22,499 nucleotides of DNA from an uncultured Deinococcales bacterium (GTDB lineage Bacteria > Deinococcota > Deinococci > Deinococcales > JAAFIG01). The notes under the pieces were generated by a model that saw only the letters and a program-made list of their open reading frames with translations, had not been told where the DNA came from and ran no database searches. Position numbers and translations under genes: made by a program. The DNA lies in contig CAXTTL010000057.1 in the NCBI GenBank assembly GCA_964247135.1, positions 1 through 22,499 of the forward strand. Reading direction: 5' to 3'. Below are positions 1 to 7,751 of this stretch, one piece after another (the stretch's first letter is position 1; each line of letters opens with the position of its first letter).

Positions 1-1
1 G

Positions 2-331
2 CGCCGCCTCTTCCGCGCCAACCGCATCCAAACTGCCCATGACCAAACCGTTCATGCCGTAGACAATCCTCGCGCCTCCAAGTGCCACCAAATTCACTTC
101 TTTTTCCTCGCCTGGTTCAAAACGCACCGCCGTTCCTGCCGCAAGCTCGAGCCTCATGCCATACGCGACTTCACGGTCAAAACGCAGGGCGCGGTTGACT
201 TCAAAAAAATGAAAATGACTGCCGACCTGAATCGGTCGGTCTGCCGTGTTTGCCACGGTCACTCGAGCCGTGGCGCGTCCGACGTTGGCTTGAATATCAC
301 CGTCTGCAAGAATGTATTCACCTGGAATCAT
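2..331 (-). CDS. ureB: Urease subunit beta (3' end runs off the window)
   Basis: Not in the ORF track. Manual translation from ATG at 331 gives [79 protein letters not shown], with the UreB motifs [12 protein letters not shown] and [16 protein letters not shown] just upstream; lies downstream of ureA. Confidence 0.97.
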   Translation of the reverse strand, partial: MIPGEYILADGDIQANVGRATARVTVANTADRPIQVGSHFHFFEVNRALRFDREVAYGMRLELAAGTAVRFEPGEEKEVNLVALGGARIVYGMNGLVMGSLDAVGAEEAA

Positions 332-350
332 GGGTGCTCCGTTTTTGAAG

Positions 351-409
351 GTAGGGTGCGCCGTGCGCACCGTTTTGCATGTGTCATTGGTGCGCACGGC
401 GCACCCTAC
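351..409. repeat. REPIN-like doublet of GTAG-type REP elements
   Basis: GTAGGGTGCGCCGTGCGCACC (351-371) and its exact reverse complement (389-409), separated by a 17-nt spacer. Each unit is GTAG followed by an imperfect palindrome. A near-identical doublet lies at 21309-21367. Confidence 0.9.
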
Positions 410-417
410 AAGAACCC

Positions 418-441
418 GGGCGCATGGCAATGCGCCCCTAC
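418..441 (-). repeat. Single GTAG-type REP element (second sequence class)
   Basis: Minus strand reads GTAG-GGGCGCAT-TGCC-ATGCGCCC: a GTAG tetranucleotide followed by an 8-bp stem-loop. Confidence 0.75.
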
Positions 442-449
442 GTCAACCA

Positions 450-752
450 TCAACGAATCGGGTCGTGAATCGTCACCAGTTTCGTGCCGTCCGGAAACGT
501 GCCTTCAACTTGAATGTCGTGAATCATTTCGGCAACGCCGTCCATCACGTCATCTCGAGTCAAGATGGTTGCGCCGTAATTCATGAGTGCCGCGACGCTT
601 TGCCCGTCGCGGATACCCTCGAGCACTTCGCTGGTAATCAAGGCGATGGCTTCGGGGTGATTGAGTTTTAAGCCTCTGGCTTTGCGGCGGCGTGCGAGGT
701 CGCCAGCGACCACGATCATCAGTTTGTCTCGTTCTCGTTCGGTCAAGTGCAT
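450..752 (-). CDS. ureA: Urease subunit gamma
   Basis: 100 aa [11 protein letters not shown]...[19 protein letters not shown]...[19 protein letters not shown], a canonical UreA. GGAGG RBS upstream. Confidence 0.98.
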   Translation of the reverse strand: MHLTERERDKLMIVVAGDLARRRKARGLKLNHPEAIALITSEVLEGIRDGQSVAALMNYGATILTRDDVMDGVAEMIHDIQVEGTFPDGTKLVTIHDPIR

Positions 753-923
753 TGTTATTCCCTCCGTGGGTTTTTAGTTTACGCGAGACAGCCGTGGCGG
801 TGTGGCTCGAGTTGAGCCGTGTCAGTTTACAATATCTGCTGTTTGCAAAGTGTACTTAATTTTTGCGACATCTTGCAAGCATTGACAGGTTTGTTCCAAG
901 TATGCTTCAATCTTTCTTGCAAG

Positions 924-947
924 TTGTTCACAATATTTTGATCAAAA
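924..947. promoter_or_regulatory. Candidate operator dyad in the divergent ureA/urtA promoter region
   Basis: TTGTTCACAATATTTTGATCAA (924-945) is 18/22 self-complementary and overlaps the perfect palindrome TTTTGATCAAAA (936-947), in an AT-rich intergenic region. Regulator unknown. Confidence 0.4.
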
Positions 948-1009
948 GTCAAATTTAAAACGAACACCATGCAATTACAAAACTCGAGCATCATTTTTAA
1001 GGGGGCAGT

Positions 1010-2221
1010 ATGAAGAAATTCACCAGCACGAACGTGGCTTTGGGATTGGCTTTCGGTACACTTGGCTGCATCGGCATCCTGGGCGCAACACTGGCGCAAG
1101 ACTCGAGCATCAAAGTGGGTATCTTGCACTCGCTGACGGGCACGATGGCAATCTCGGAAATCACGGTGGCAAACGCCACCCAACTTGCCATCGACGAGAT
1201 CAACGCGGCGGGTGGCGTGATGGGTAAGACCATTTCTTCGGTTAAAGAGGACGGCGCATCCGACTGGCCCACCTTCGCCCAAAAAGCCGAAAAACTGATT
1301 CAGCAAGACAAGGTCGTGGCGGTTTTCGGCGCTTGGACCAGCGCCAGCCGCAAGAGTTTGTTGCCTGTCTTTGAAAAGTACAACAGCCTCTTGTTCTATC
1401 CCGTGCAATTTGAAGGCAACGAGTGCAGCCCGAACATCATTTACTCGGGCGCCCAACCCAACCAGCAAGCCTTGCCAGCGCTCGATTACGCGCTCGAGAA
1501 GGGCTTCAAGAAAATCTTCTTGCTGGGGTCGGATTACGTTTACCCGCGCACCGCAAATCTTATTTTAAAAAAGCACATCGCCGCCAAAAAAGCCACGCTC
1601 TCGGGCGAGGAATACATGGCGCTCGGCGGGACTGAATTTGCTTCGATCATCTCCAAGATCAAAGCTGCCGCGCCTGATGTGATCATCAACACCCTCAACG
1701 GTGACAGCAACGTGGCATTCTTCAAGCAATACAAAGCCGCCGGTTACGACGCGAAAAAACTTCCGGTCATCAGCTTCTCGATAGCCGAACAAGAAGCCCA
1801 AGCCATCGGCACAGAATTGTTGAACGGGCAGTACGCCGCCTGGAATTACTTCCAGAGCCTTGACAACGCACCAAACAAAAAATTTGTTGCCGCCTACAAA
1901 AAAGCCTTCGGTGCGGACGCCGTCATCACCGACCCGATGATTCATGGTTACATCGACGTCTACCTCTGGAAAGCCGCCGTCATGAAAGCCAAGAGCTTTG
2001 ATCCAGTTGCCGTGCGCAAAGCCATCGTCGGCATCAGCCTCAAAGACAGCCCAATGGGTCCCATCACGGTCAAACCCAACGGTTCGATCACCCAACGCGT
2101 GTACGTTGGCGAGAGCGGCGAGGGCGGACAATTCAAGATCGTCTGGGATTCCAAAAAAGCCGTCAGCCCAGAACCATACGACAAGCTGACCTTCCCAGGC
2201 AAAACCTGCCCAGCGAAGTAA
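1010..2221 (+). CDS. urtA: Urea ABC transporter substrate-binding protein
   Basis: Signal peptide, then IKVGILHSLTGTMAISE, EDGASDWPTFAQKAEKL, WTSASRK, LLFYPVQFEGNECSPNI, GSDYVYPRTAN and NTLNGDSNVAFF, all typical of UrtA. Adjacent to urease genes. Confidence 0.96.
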   Translation: MKKFTSTNVALGLAFGTLGCIGILGATLAQDSSIKVGILHSLTGTMAISEITVANATQLAIDEINAAGGVMGKTISSVKEDGASDWPTFAQKAEKLIQQDKVVAVFGAWTSASRKSLLPVFEKYNSLLFYPVQFEGNECSPNIIYSGAQPNQQALPALDYALEKGFKKIFLLGSDYVYPRTANLILKKHIAAKKATLSGEEYMALGGTEFASIISKIKAAAPDVIINTLNGDSNVAFFKQYKAAGYDAKKLPVISFSIAEQEAQAIGTELLNGQYAAWNYFQSLDNAPNKKFVAAYKKAFGADAVITDPMIHGYIDVYLWKAAVMKAKSFDPVAVRKAIVGISLKDSPMGPITVKPNGSITQRVYVGESGEGGQFKIVWDSKKAVSPEPYDKLTFPGKTCPAK

Positions 2222-2369
2222 TTTAAACTCGAGTTGAACGATTTGGGCTGGGGGAGGGAAACCCTGCGACCAATCATCTCAAAGCTTCACCGCAAGATTT
2301 TGCAAACTCGAGATAACGCAGCATTTTCTTCTCGAGTTACGATTTGAACCCATCATTTTTTTCCTCCTG

Positions 2370-2440
2370 TCCCCTCGCGTTTCCTGGCGCGAGGGGATGA
2401 ACAGCAAAAAGAGAACCCGATTTTTTTTACTCGGGTTTTT
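2370..2440 (+). terminator. Two intercistronic hairpins between urtA and urtB (partial terminator or mRNA-stabilising element)
   Basis: TCCCCTCGCG-N8-CGCGAGGGGA (2370-2397) and AACCCGA-N10-TCGGGTT (2414-2437) ending in a T run. Confidence 0.55.
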
Positions 2441-2456
2441 AGAGAGGAGTGAGCGC

Positions 2457-3365
2457 TTGAACGAACTTTTTATTGTCGAACAACTGTTTAATGGTTTATC
2501 CATCGGTTCTATATTGTTGCTCGCCGCGCTGGGTTTGGGTTTGAGTTTTGGTTTGATGCGCGTGATCAACATGGCGCACGGCGAAATGCTGATGATCGCG
2601 GGCTACATCACCTACCTCTCGAGCCAGTGGGTGCATGGTTCGGGTTACATCTGGCTGGCAATACCCTTGTCTTTTGCGGGAACATTTATCATCGGCGCGT
2701 TGCTCGAGACGCTGGTGATACGGCGCTTGTACGGTCGTCCGCTGGATACGCTGCTCGCCACTTGGGGCGTCAGTCTGATCTTGCAACAGGCGGGGCGCAG
2801 CATTTTTGGTCCGACAGGCGTGCCTGTGACTGCCCCAGATTGGCTATCGGGCGCGGTCACGATCTCGAGTGGGACGTTAAACGGTTTAGCCATTCCGTTC
2901 TCGAGGTTGTTCGTGCTGGCGCTGGCGGCGGTGGTCTTGCTTGCCATGTGGTGGTTGCTGCAAAAAACCAGTTTCGGAATGCACGTGCGGGCGGTCAATC
3001 AAAACCGTGAAGTCGCCCAGAGTTTGGGTGTCAACACCCGCATGGTGGACATGCTGGTGTTCGCACTCGGTTCGGGGATTGCTGGCATTGCAGGGGCGGC
3101 ACTGGCGCTGCTCTCACCCGTCAACCCGACGGTTGGGCAGGGTTACATTGTCAACGCGTTCTTGGTCGTGATCGTCGGCGGGATCGGCAGTATCGCAGGC
3201 ACAGCACTTTCAGCCATCGTGCTCGGCTTCATGACCGCCGCCACCGAAAGCCTGACCAGCGTCAGCCTCGCCAAAGTGATCGTGCTGGTGTTCGTGGTCG
3301 CCTTATTGCAAATCAGACCCAAAGGTTTCATCAGCGTGCGCTCGAGGGCGTTGGAGGATTCATGA
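2457..3365 (+). CDS. urtB: Urea ABC transporter permease
   Basis: FNGLSIGSILLLAALGL, FGLMRVINMAHGEMLM and LYGRPLDTLLATWG are UrtB motifs. Start moved to TTG at 2457 because AGGAG (2445-2449) lies 7 nt upstream; the ORF-track start at 2397 runs through the hairpin. Confidence 0.94.
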   Translation: MNELFIVEQLFNGLSIGSILLLAALGLGLSFGLMRVINMAHGEMLMIAGYITYLSSQWVHGSGYIWLAIPLSFAGTFIIGALLETLVIRRLYGRPLDTLLATWGVSLILQQAGRSIFGPTGVPVTAPDWLSGAVTISSGTLNGLAIPFSRLFVLALAAVVLLAMWWLLQKTSFGMHVRAVNQNREVAQSLGVNTRMVDMLVFALGSGIAGIAGAALALLSPVNPTVGQGYIVNAFLVVIVGGIGSIAGTALSAIVLGFMTAATESLTSVSLAKVIVLVFVVALLQIRPKGFISVRSRALEDS

Positions 3366-4471
3366 GCTTGTTCTCTCGAGGGACGACCATTACAGTCCGT
3401 GAAATTGTGCTGCCCCTGGTGGTACTTGCCATGATTGGGGCGCCGTGGTGGCTAGACAATTACAACCTGATTTTGGTCGGACGTTTTCTGGCGTTGGCGG
3501 TGGTCGCCATCGGCATTTCGCTGGTTTGGGGTCATACGGGCATCCTCAGTTTGGGACAAGGTTTGTTCTTTGGTTTGGGCGGTTATGCCATCGCCATGCA
3601 CTTAAAACTGATCGGCACACCCAAAGGCGAACTGCCAGATTTCATGATTTACAACGGCGTCGAAAGCCTGCCGTGGTGGTGGAGTCCATTCTCGAGTCCA
3701 GTTTTTGCGCTGGCGATGGTGATTGTGCTGCCGACCTTGGTGGCTGCCATTGTGGGCATTTTGATGTTCCGCAAACGCATCACGGGCGTATTCGTCTCAC
3801 TGATTACCCAAGCCTTGGTGCTTGCATTCTCGACACTCCTGATTGGTTCGCAGGGGGTCACGAGCGGCACGAACGGCATCACCGATTACAAAACTTTTTT
3901 GGGCATCGAACTGAAAGGGCAAGCCTTCAACAACGGTCTGTACTGGGTGACATTGGCTTTTGTGATCCTGTCTTACCTGGGCGTGAAATGGTTCAACCGC
4001 ACCCACGCCGGCAAAATGATGGTCGCCATCCGCGACGGTGAAAACCGCGTGCGCTTTCTGGGTTACGACCCCTCGAGTTACAAGGTTTTTGTCTTCGCCC
4101 TCGGCGGTCTGCTGGCAGGCATTTCTGGCGCGTTGTACGCCGTGCACAACGGCACGATCAGCCCCGCGATGGTCGGCGTTGTGCCCAGCATCGAGATGGT
4201 GGTTTGGGTGGCACTCGGCGGGCGTGACAGCATCGGCGGCGCAATCCTCGGCATGGTCGCCGGCAATCTCGCCCGTGACCGAATCTCGAGCGCCGCGCCC
4301 GATGCATGGTTGTACGTGATGGGCTTGATTTTCGTGCTGGTGGTGCTGGTCATGCCCAAAGGCTTGGCGGGTTTGCTGCGACCGATTCTCGCCATTCCAC
4401 TTTTCAAATTCTCGAGCAATCCCAAAACAAAACCTCAAAATTCCAAGCTCGAGGTGACACAAGATGCTTGA
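3362..4471 (+). CDS. urtC: Urea ABC transporter permease
   Basis: WGHTGILSLGQGLFFGLGGYAIAMHLKL, LPDFM, AIRDGENRVRFLGY and SIEMVVWVALGGR motifs. ATGA overlap with urtB. Confidence 0.95.
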   Translation: MSLFSRGTTITVREIVLPLVVLAMIGAPWWLDNYNLILVGRFLALAVVAIGISLVWGHTGILSLGQGLFFGLGGYAIAMHLKLIGTPKGELPDFMIYNGVESLPWWWSPFSSPVFALAMVIVLPTLVAAIVGILMFRKRITGVFVSLITQALVLAFSTLLIGSQGVTSGTNGITDYKTFLGIELKGQAFNNGLYWVTLAFVILSYLGVKWFNRTHAGKMMVAIRDGENRVRFLGYDPSSYKVFVFALGGLLAGISGALYAVHNGTISPAMVGVVPSIEMVVWVALGGRDSIGGAILGMVAGNLARDRISSAAPDAWLYVMGLIFVLVVLVMPKGLAGLLRPILAIPLFKFSSNPKTKPQNSKLEVTQDA

Positions 4472-5246
4472 GGCAACGCAAATGGAGTCTCAAGAAAACA
4501 TCCTCTCCCTCGAGCATGTCACCGTCAGTTTTGATGGTTTTAAAGCCGTCGATGACCTGAGTTTCAGCGTTCCCAAAGGCACGGTGCGCGTGGTGATCGG
4601 ACCGAACGGCGCTGGCAAAAGCACCATGTGCGATGCCGTGATTGGCAAAGTTCGTCCCGCCAGCGGACGCGTGCTGTTCAACGGACAGGAGATCAGCAAG
4701 CTTTCCGAACACGCCATTGCACGGCTCGGCATCTGCCGAAAATTTCAAACCCCTGGTGTGCTCGAGAACCTCACCGTGCTCGAGAATTTGGCGGTTGCCG
4801 TGCGCAAAGACAAAGCCTGGTGGAACAATTTGCGCCCAGGTTTGCACCGGTCCGAAACCGCTCGGGTGAGCGAATTGCTCGAGTTGATCGGCTTGACTGA
4901 GAAACAAGAGATGCTCGCCGCGCAACTCGCACACGGCGAAAAACAATGGCTCGAGATTGGCATGGTCGTCGCCGCCGACCCGCAATTGCTGCTGCTGGAC
5001 GAACCCACAGCCGGCATGACCACGCTCGAGACTTCCAAAACCGCCGAGATCATTCAAAAACTCTCTGGCAAGCACACCATCATCGTGATCGATCACGACA
5101 TGGGTTTCGTCGAACAACTCGGCGCGAGCGTCAGCGTTTTGCACCAAGGGAAACTGTTTAAAGAAGGCAGTGTGCTCGAGGTTCGGAACGACCCTGGGGT
5201 GATTGAGATTTATTTGGGACGGGCAAAAGAACACGCTCATGTCTAA
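4464..5246 (+). CDS. urtD: Urea ABC transporter ATP-binding protein
   Basis: Walker A GPNGAGKS, GICRKFQTP, LAHGEKQWLEIGM, Walker B LLLLDEP. Confidence 0.95.
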   Translation: MLEATQMESQENILSLEHVTVSFDGFKAVDDLSFSVPKGTVRVVIGPNGAGKSTMCDAVIGKVRPASGRVLFNGQEISKLSEHAIARLGICRKFQTPGVLENLTVLENLAVAVRKDKAWWNNLRPGLHRSETARVSELLELIGLTEKQEMLAAQLAHGEKQWLEIGMVVAADPQLLLLDEPTAGMTTLETSKTAEIIQKLSGKHTIIVIDHDMGFVEQLGASVSVLHQGKLFKEGSVLEVRNDPGVIEIYLGRAKEHAHV

Positions 5247-5282
5247 ACCAGATGCTCGAGAATTCAAATTCAGGAGTTCCTC

Positions 5283-5990
5283 ATGCTCGAGTTAAAATTT
5301 GTCAACGCGGCTTATGGTAAATCTCAAGTGCTTTGGGAAATCAACCTCAACGTTCAGGACGGCGAGGCGGTGGCACTCATGGGACGCAACGGCGTGGGCA
5401 AAACCACACTCCTTCGCAGCATTGTCGGGATTCATCCGGTCAGCACTGGACGAATTCAATTTGGTGATGAACCGCTGTTTCAAGGTTTGCCTGCGTATGA
5501 ACGGGCGCGACGCGGGCTGGCGTATGTGCCGCAAGGTCGTGGAATTTTTCCACATTTGACGGTGCAAGAAAACTTGCTGATGGGGCTGCCAGCACTCTCG
5601 GGGCGGAAACTCTCGAGCAAAGCCGTGCCTGAAATTGTTTTTGAACTCTTCCCAATTTTGTTTGATTTCAAAGACCGCAAGGGTGGCAATCTTTCGGGCG
5701 GTCAGCAGCAACAACTTGCGATTGGACGGGCGCTCGTGACGCAACCCAAATTGTTATTGCTCGACGAACCCACCGAAGGCATTCAACCCAGCATCGTGAT
5801 CGAAATTGAAGCGGCGTTAACTCGAGTTCGCAAAGAACTTGGCGTGGCGGTGTTGTTGGTCGAACAGTATTTTGAATTTGCCTGGTCGTTCGCAGATCGG
5901 TTTTTTGTGATGCAAAAAGGACGGATTATCGACAAGGGGCATACGAACGAACGCAGTGCTGAGAGTGTTGAAGCGTTGTTGGGCGTTTAA
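5283..5990 (+). CDS. urtE: Urea ABC transporter ATP-binding protein
   Basis: Walker A GRNGVGKT, AYVPQGRGIFP, LSGGQQQQLAIGRAL, LLLLDEPTEGIQPSI. AGGAG RBS upstream. Confidence 0.95.
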   Translation: MLELKFVNAAYGKSQVLWEINLNVQDGEAVALMGRNGVGKTTLLRSIVGIHPVSTGRIQFGDEPLFQGLPAYERARRGLAYVPQGRGIFPHLTVQENLLMGLPALSGRKLSSKAVPEIVFELFPILFDFKDRKGGNLSGGQQQQLAIGRALVTQPKLLLLDEPTEGIQPSIVIEIEAALTRVRKELGVAVLLVEQYFEFAWSFADRFFVMQKGRIIDKGHTNERSAESVEALLGV

Positions 5991-6268
5991 TATGCGCTGT
6001 CATGGTCAGGATGCAAACTCACAAAAACCACAAAGTCATTGTTACGCCGTACCAATGCACGACATTTTTGGGTAATGCGAATACTGTAAAACCGTTCACC
6101 ATGCACTTCTCGAGCCAGTTCCCAATTCAGTCCAGAATCTTTATAAACTTGATCCCAGGATAAGGGCAGTGATTTTCTTAAGGTTTTTATGACTGCAAGT
6201 TGATCTGATTTTTCCAAAGAAAACCAATCTTTGAGAAAATCGGAATCGTTTAAGTCAAGTTTTGGCAT
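5987..6268 (-). CDS. Putative type II toxin, RelE/ParE-like
   Basis: 93 aa with a RelE-like pattern (FLKDWFSLEK...RFYSIRITQKCRALV...FVSLHPDHDSAY). Starts immediately after the stop of the upstream small gene; low GC. Family is inferred from pattern only. Confidence 0.65.
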   Translation of the reverse strand: MPKLDLNDSDFLKDWFSLEKSDQLAVIKTLRKSLPLSWDQVYKDSGLNWELAREVHGERFYSIRITQKCRALVRRNNDFVVFVSLHPDHDSAY

Positions 6269-6538
6269 TTATTGTTGCCCGAGAATCTGTGCTTCGATGG
6301 CATCTAAATCAGATTCTGTGGAGGTTTGATTTTTGGCAAGATGTTTTTCCAATCGTGCCGTTACTTCTGGAGTGTACGCCCACATCAAATGCTCTGGAAT
6401 AATTTGCACGGGTGTCACCATCCAACGTCCATCTTCTAAGTGCTCGAGTTTGACGACTTTGCCAGCGAAAGCTTTGCCCAACGAGATTTGTCCGCTCGAG
6501 GAGATGGTTTTGATTTCACCGTTTGATATTTGTGTCAT
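6269..6538 (-). CDS. Putative type II antitoxin, AbrB/MazE/SpoVT-like
   Basis: 89 aa with an N-terminal swapped-hairpin-like segment IKTISSSGQISLGKAFAGKVVKLEHLEDGRWMVTP and an acidic C-terminus (ESDLDAIE). Antitoxin-first order. Confidence 0.7.
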   Translation of the reverse strand: MTQISNGEIKTISSSGQISLGKAFAGKVVKLEHLEDGRWMVTPVQIIPEHLMWAYTPEVTARLEKHLAKNQTSTESDLDAIEAQILGQQ

Positions 6539-6568
6539 AACAAGGCACTATATCATTTTTTAACAAGG
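6539..6568 (-). promoter_or_regulatory. TA operon promoter: extended -10 flanked by a direct repeat
   Basis: Minus strand CCTTGTT-AAAAAA-TGA-TATAGT-G-CCTTGTT-ATG: TGnTATAGT 8 nt before the ATG, no Shine-Dalgarno, CCTTGTT repeated on either side. Confidence 0.6.
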
Positions 6569-6583
6569 CGGACATTGCAAATT

Positions 6584-7669
6584 TCAACTTGCGCCCAAGA
6601 AAACCCGCATTCGCTCAAGTTCAGCCTCGAGTGCGATGTCAAACTTTTTAGATTTTGGTTTGCCTGCCACGAATCCAAGCTCAGACTCGAGTGTTCCAGC
6701 CACGACTTTTAAATTGCCCCAACCAATGATTTTGTCTTGCCAGAGCAGCGGCAGCGCGTAATAACCGAGCTTGCGTTTGGCGGGAGGCGTGTAGGCTTCA
6801 AAGCGGTACTCCCAACCGTGCAGGTGCTCAAAACGCCTTCTGTCCCAGACCACAGGGTCGAACGGGGCGAGCAGGCGCACTTCGGGTTTGATGTCGGTCT
6901 CGAGTGAATCCGTGCCAGACCAAAAATATTTCAGTCCATCGAGTTTGAGTGTCTCGAGTTCGGTCTTAACGGTTTTGAGAACCTTTCTGATCTCGAGTTT
7001 TAAATGCGGTGCGCCGAAATGACCCGCAAAAGCGACGAGTTGATTTAGGGTTTGTTCTGGCAGTGGCGCGTAGACGCTTAAGATCAAATCAATCAAACCT
7101 TTTGCCATGTCGTGATTGGAAAGCGGTTGCTCGAGAAACGGTTGCAGGTGTGCTGCGGCTTCGTAGACTTTGATGCCGTTGTCGCGCCTTGCGACACGCA
7201 GATGACCTCGGTAATGCAAACCGTCTAAAGCCCTGGTGGTGGCTTGCGAACCACCGCCCCAGTAATTGCCCACGCGTTGCTTGCCGAATTCTTGGGTCAA
7301 TTCTTTTGGATGCGTCGCCCCGTTTTCACGCACAAACTCGAGCACGAGATTGGTCAAACCAGGGGCTTCAGTTTCGATTCTCAGGGTTCTGTCAAACGTG
7401 CGCGGGTGCATGAAGGCTTGGAGTTCGCGGGGCATAAAACCGTAATTCACAAAAAAATCTTCTTCAACACCAAGCTTTGCATATTTTTGCTCGAGATCGC
7501 CCGCTGTGTAATTTTTTACGCGCTGCATCAAAATCAAATCTTGCGCTCGGGCGGGGGCACGAATCGGGTCGGCTTGCACAAACCCCAACCTCGAGATGGC
7601 GGTTTTGAGTTTGGCTTCACGCCACAAAGACCTGTGAACGCTGAAGGCGCGAAGTTGCTCGAGATTCAT
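6584..7669 (-). CDS. YcaQ/AlkZ (HTH_42) family DNA glycosylase, interstrand crosslink repair
   Basis: Catalytic QxD motif in LGFVQADPIRAPARAQDLIL and C-terminal LLAPFDPVVWDRRRFEHL.GWEYRFEAYTPPAKRKLGYYALPLL. Start moved to ATG 7669 (361 aa), since the longer ORF overlaps a terminator and the upstream gene. Confidence 0.9.
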   Translation of the reverse strand: MNLEQLRAFSVHRSLWREAKLKTAISRLGFVQADPIRAPARAQDLILMQRVKNYTAGDLEQKYAKLGVEEDFFVNYGFMPRELQAFMHPRTFDRTLRIETEAPGLTNLVLEFVRENGATHPKELTQEFGKQRVGNYWGGGSQATTRALDGLHYRGHLRVARRDNGIKVYEAAAHLQPFLEQPLSNHDMAKGLIDLILSVYAPLPEQTLNQLVAFAGHFGAPHLKLEIRKVLKTVKTELETLKLDGLKYFWSGTDSLETDIKPEVRLLAPFDPVVWDRRRFEHLHGWEYRFEAYTPPAKRKLGYYALPLLWQDKIIGWGNLKVVAGTLESELGFVAGKPKSKKFDIALEAELERMRVFLGAS

Positions 7670-7699
7670 ATGTTTACAGCATAACGCAAATCGAAAACG

Positions 7700-7730
7700 A
7701 AAAACCCCGGCACAGAAATTTGTGCAGGGG
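7700..7730 (-). terminator. Rho-independent terminator after the DUF11 lipoprotein gene
   Basis: Minus strand CCCCTGCACA-AATTTC-TGTGCCGGGG followed by TTTTTCGTTTT. Confidence 0.8.
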
Positions 7731-7751
7731 CGAGGAATCACTTGAGGAATT

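Noticed and set aside
351-441. CRISPR array or tRNA interpretation of the repeats
   Set aside because: The units are inverted rather than tandem direct repeats, only 2-3 occur per locus, there are no cas genes, and there is no cloverleaf.
882-906. TTGACA (882-887) plus TATGCT (901-906) as the urtA sigma-70 promoter
   Set aside because: The spacer is only 13 nt, too short for a canonical -35/-10 pair.
827-5267. Long antisense ORFs over the urt operon (827-1468, 1565-2131, 3797-4462, 4404-5267)
   Set aside because: These are shadows of well-supported genes in GC-rich DNA with no recognisable motifs or RBS.
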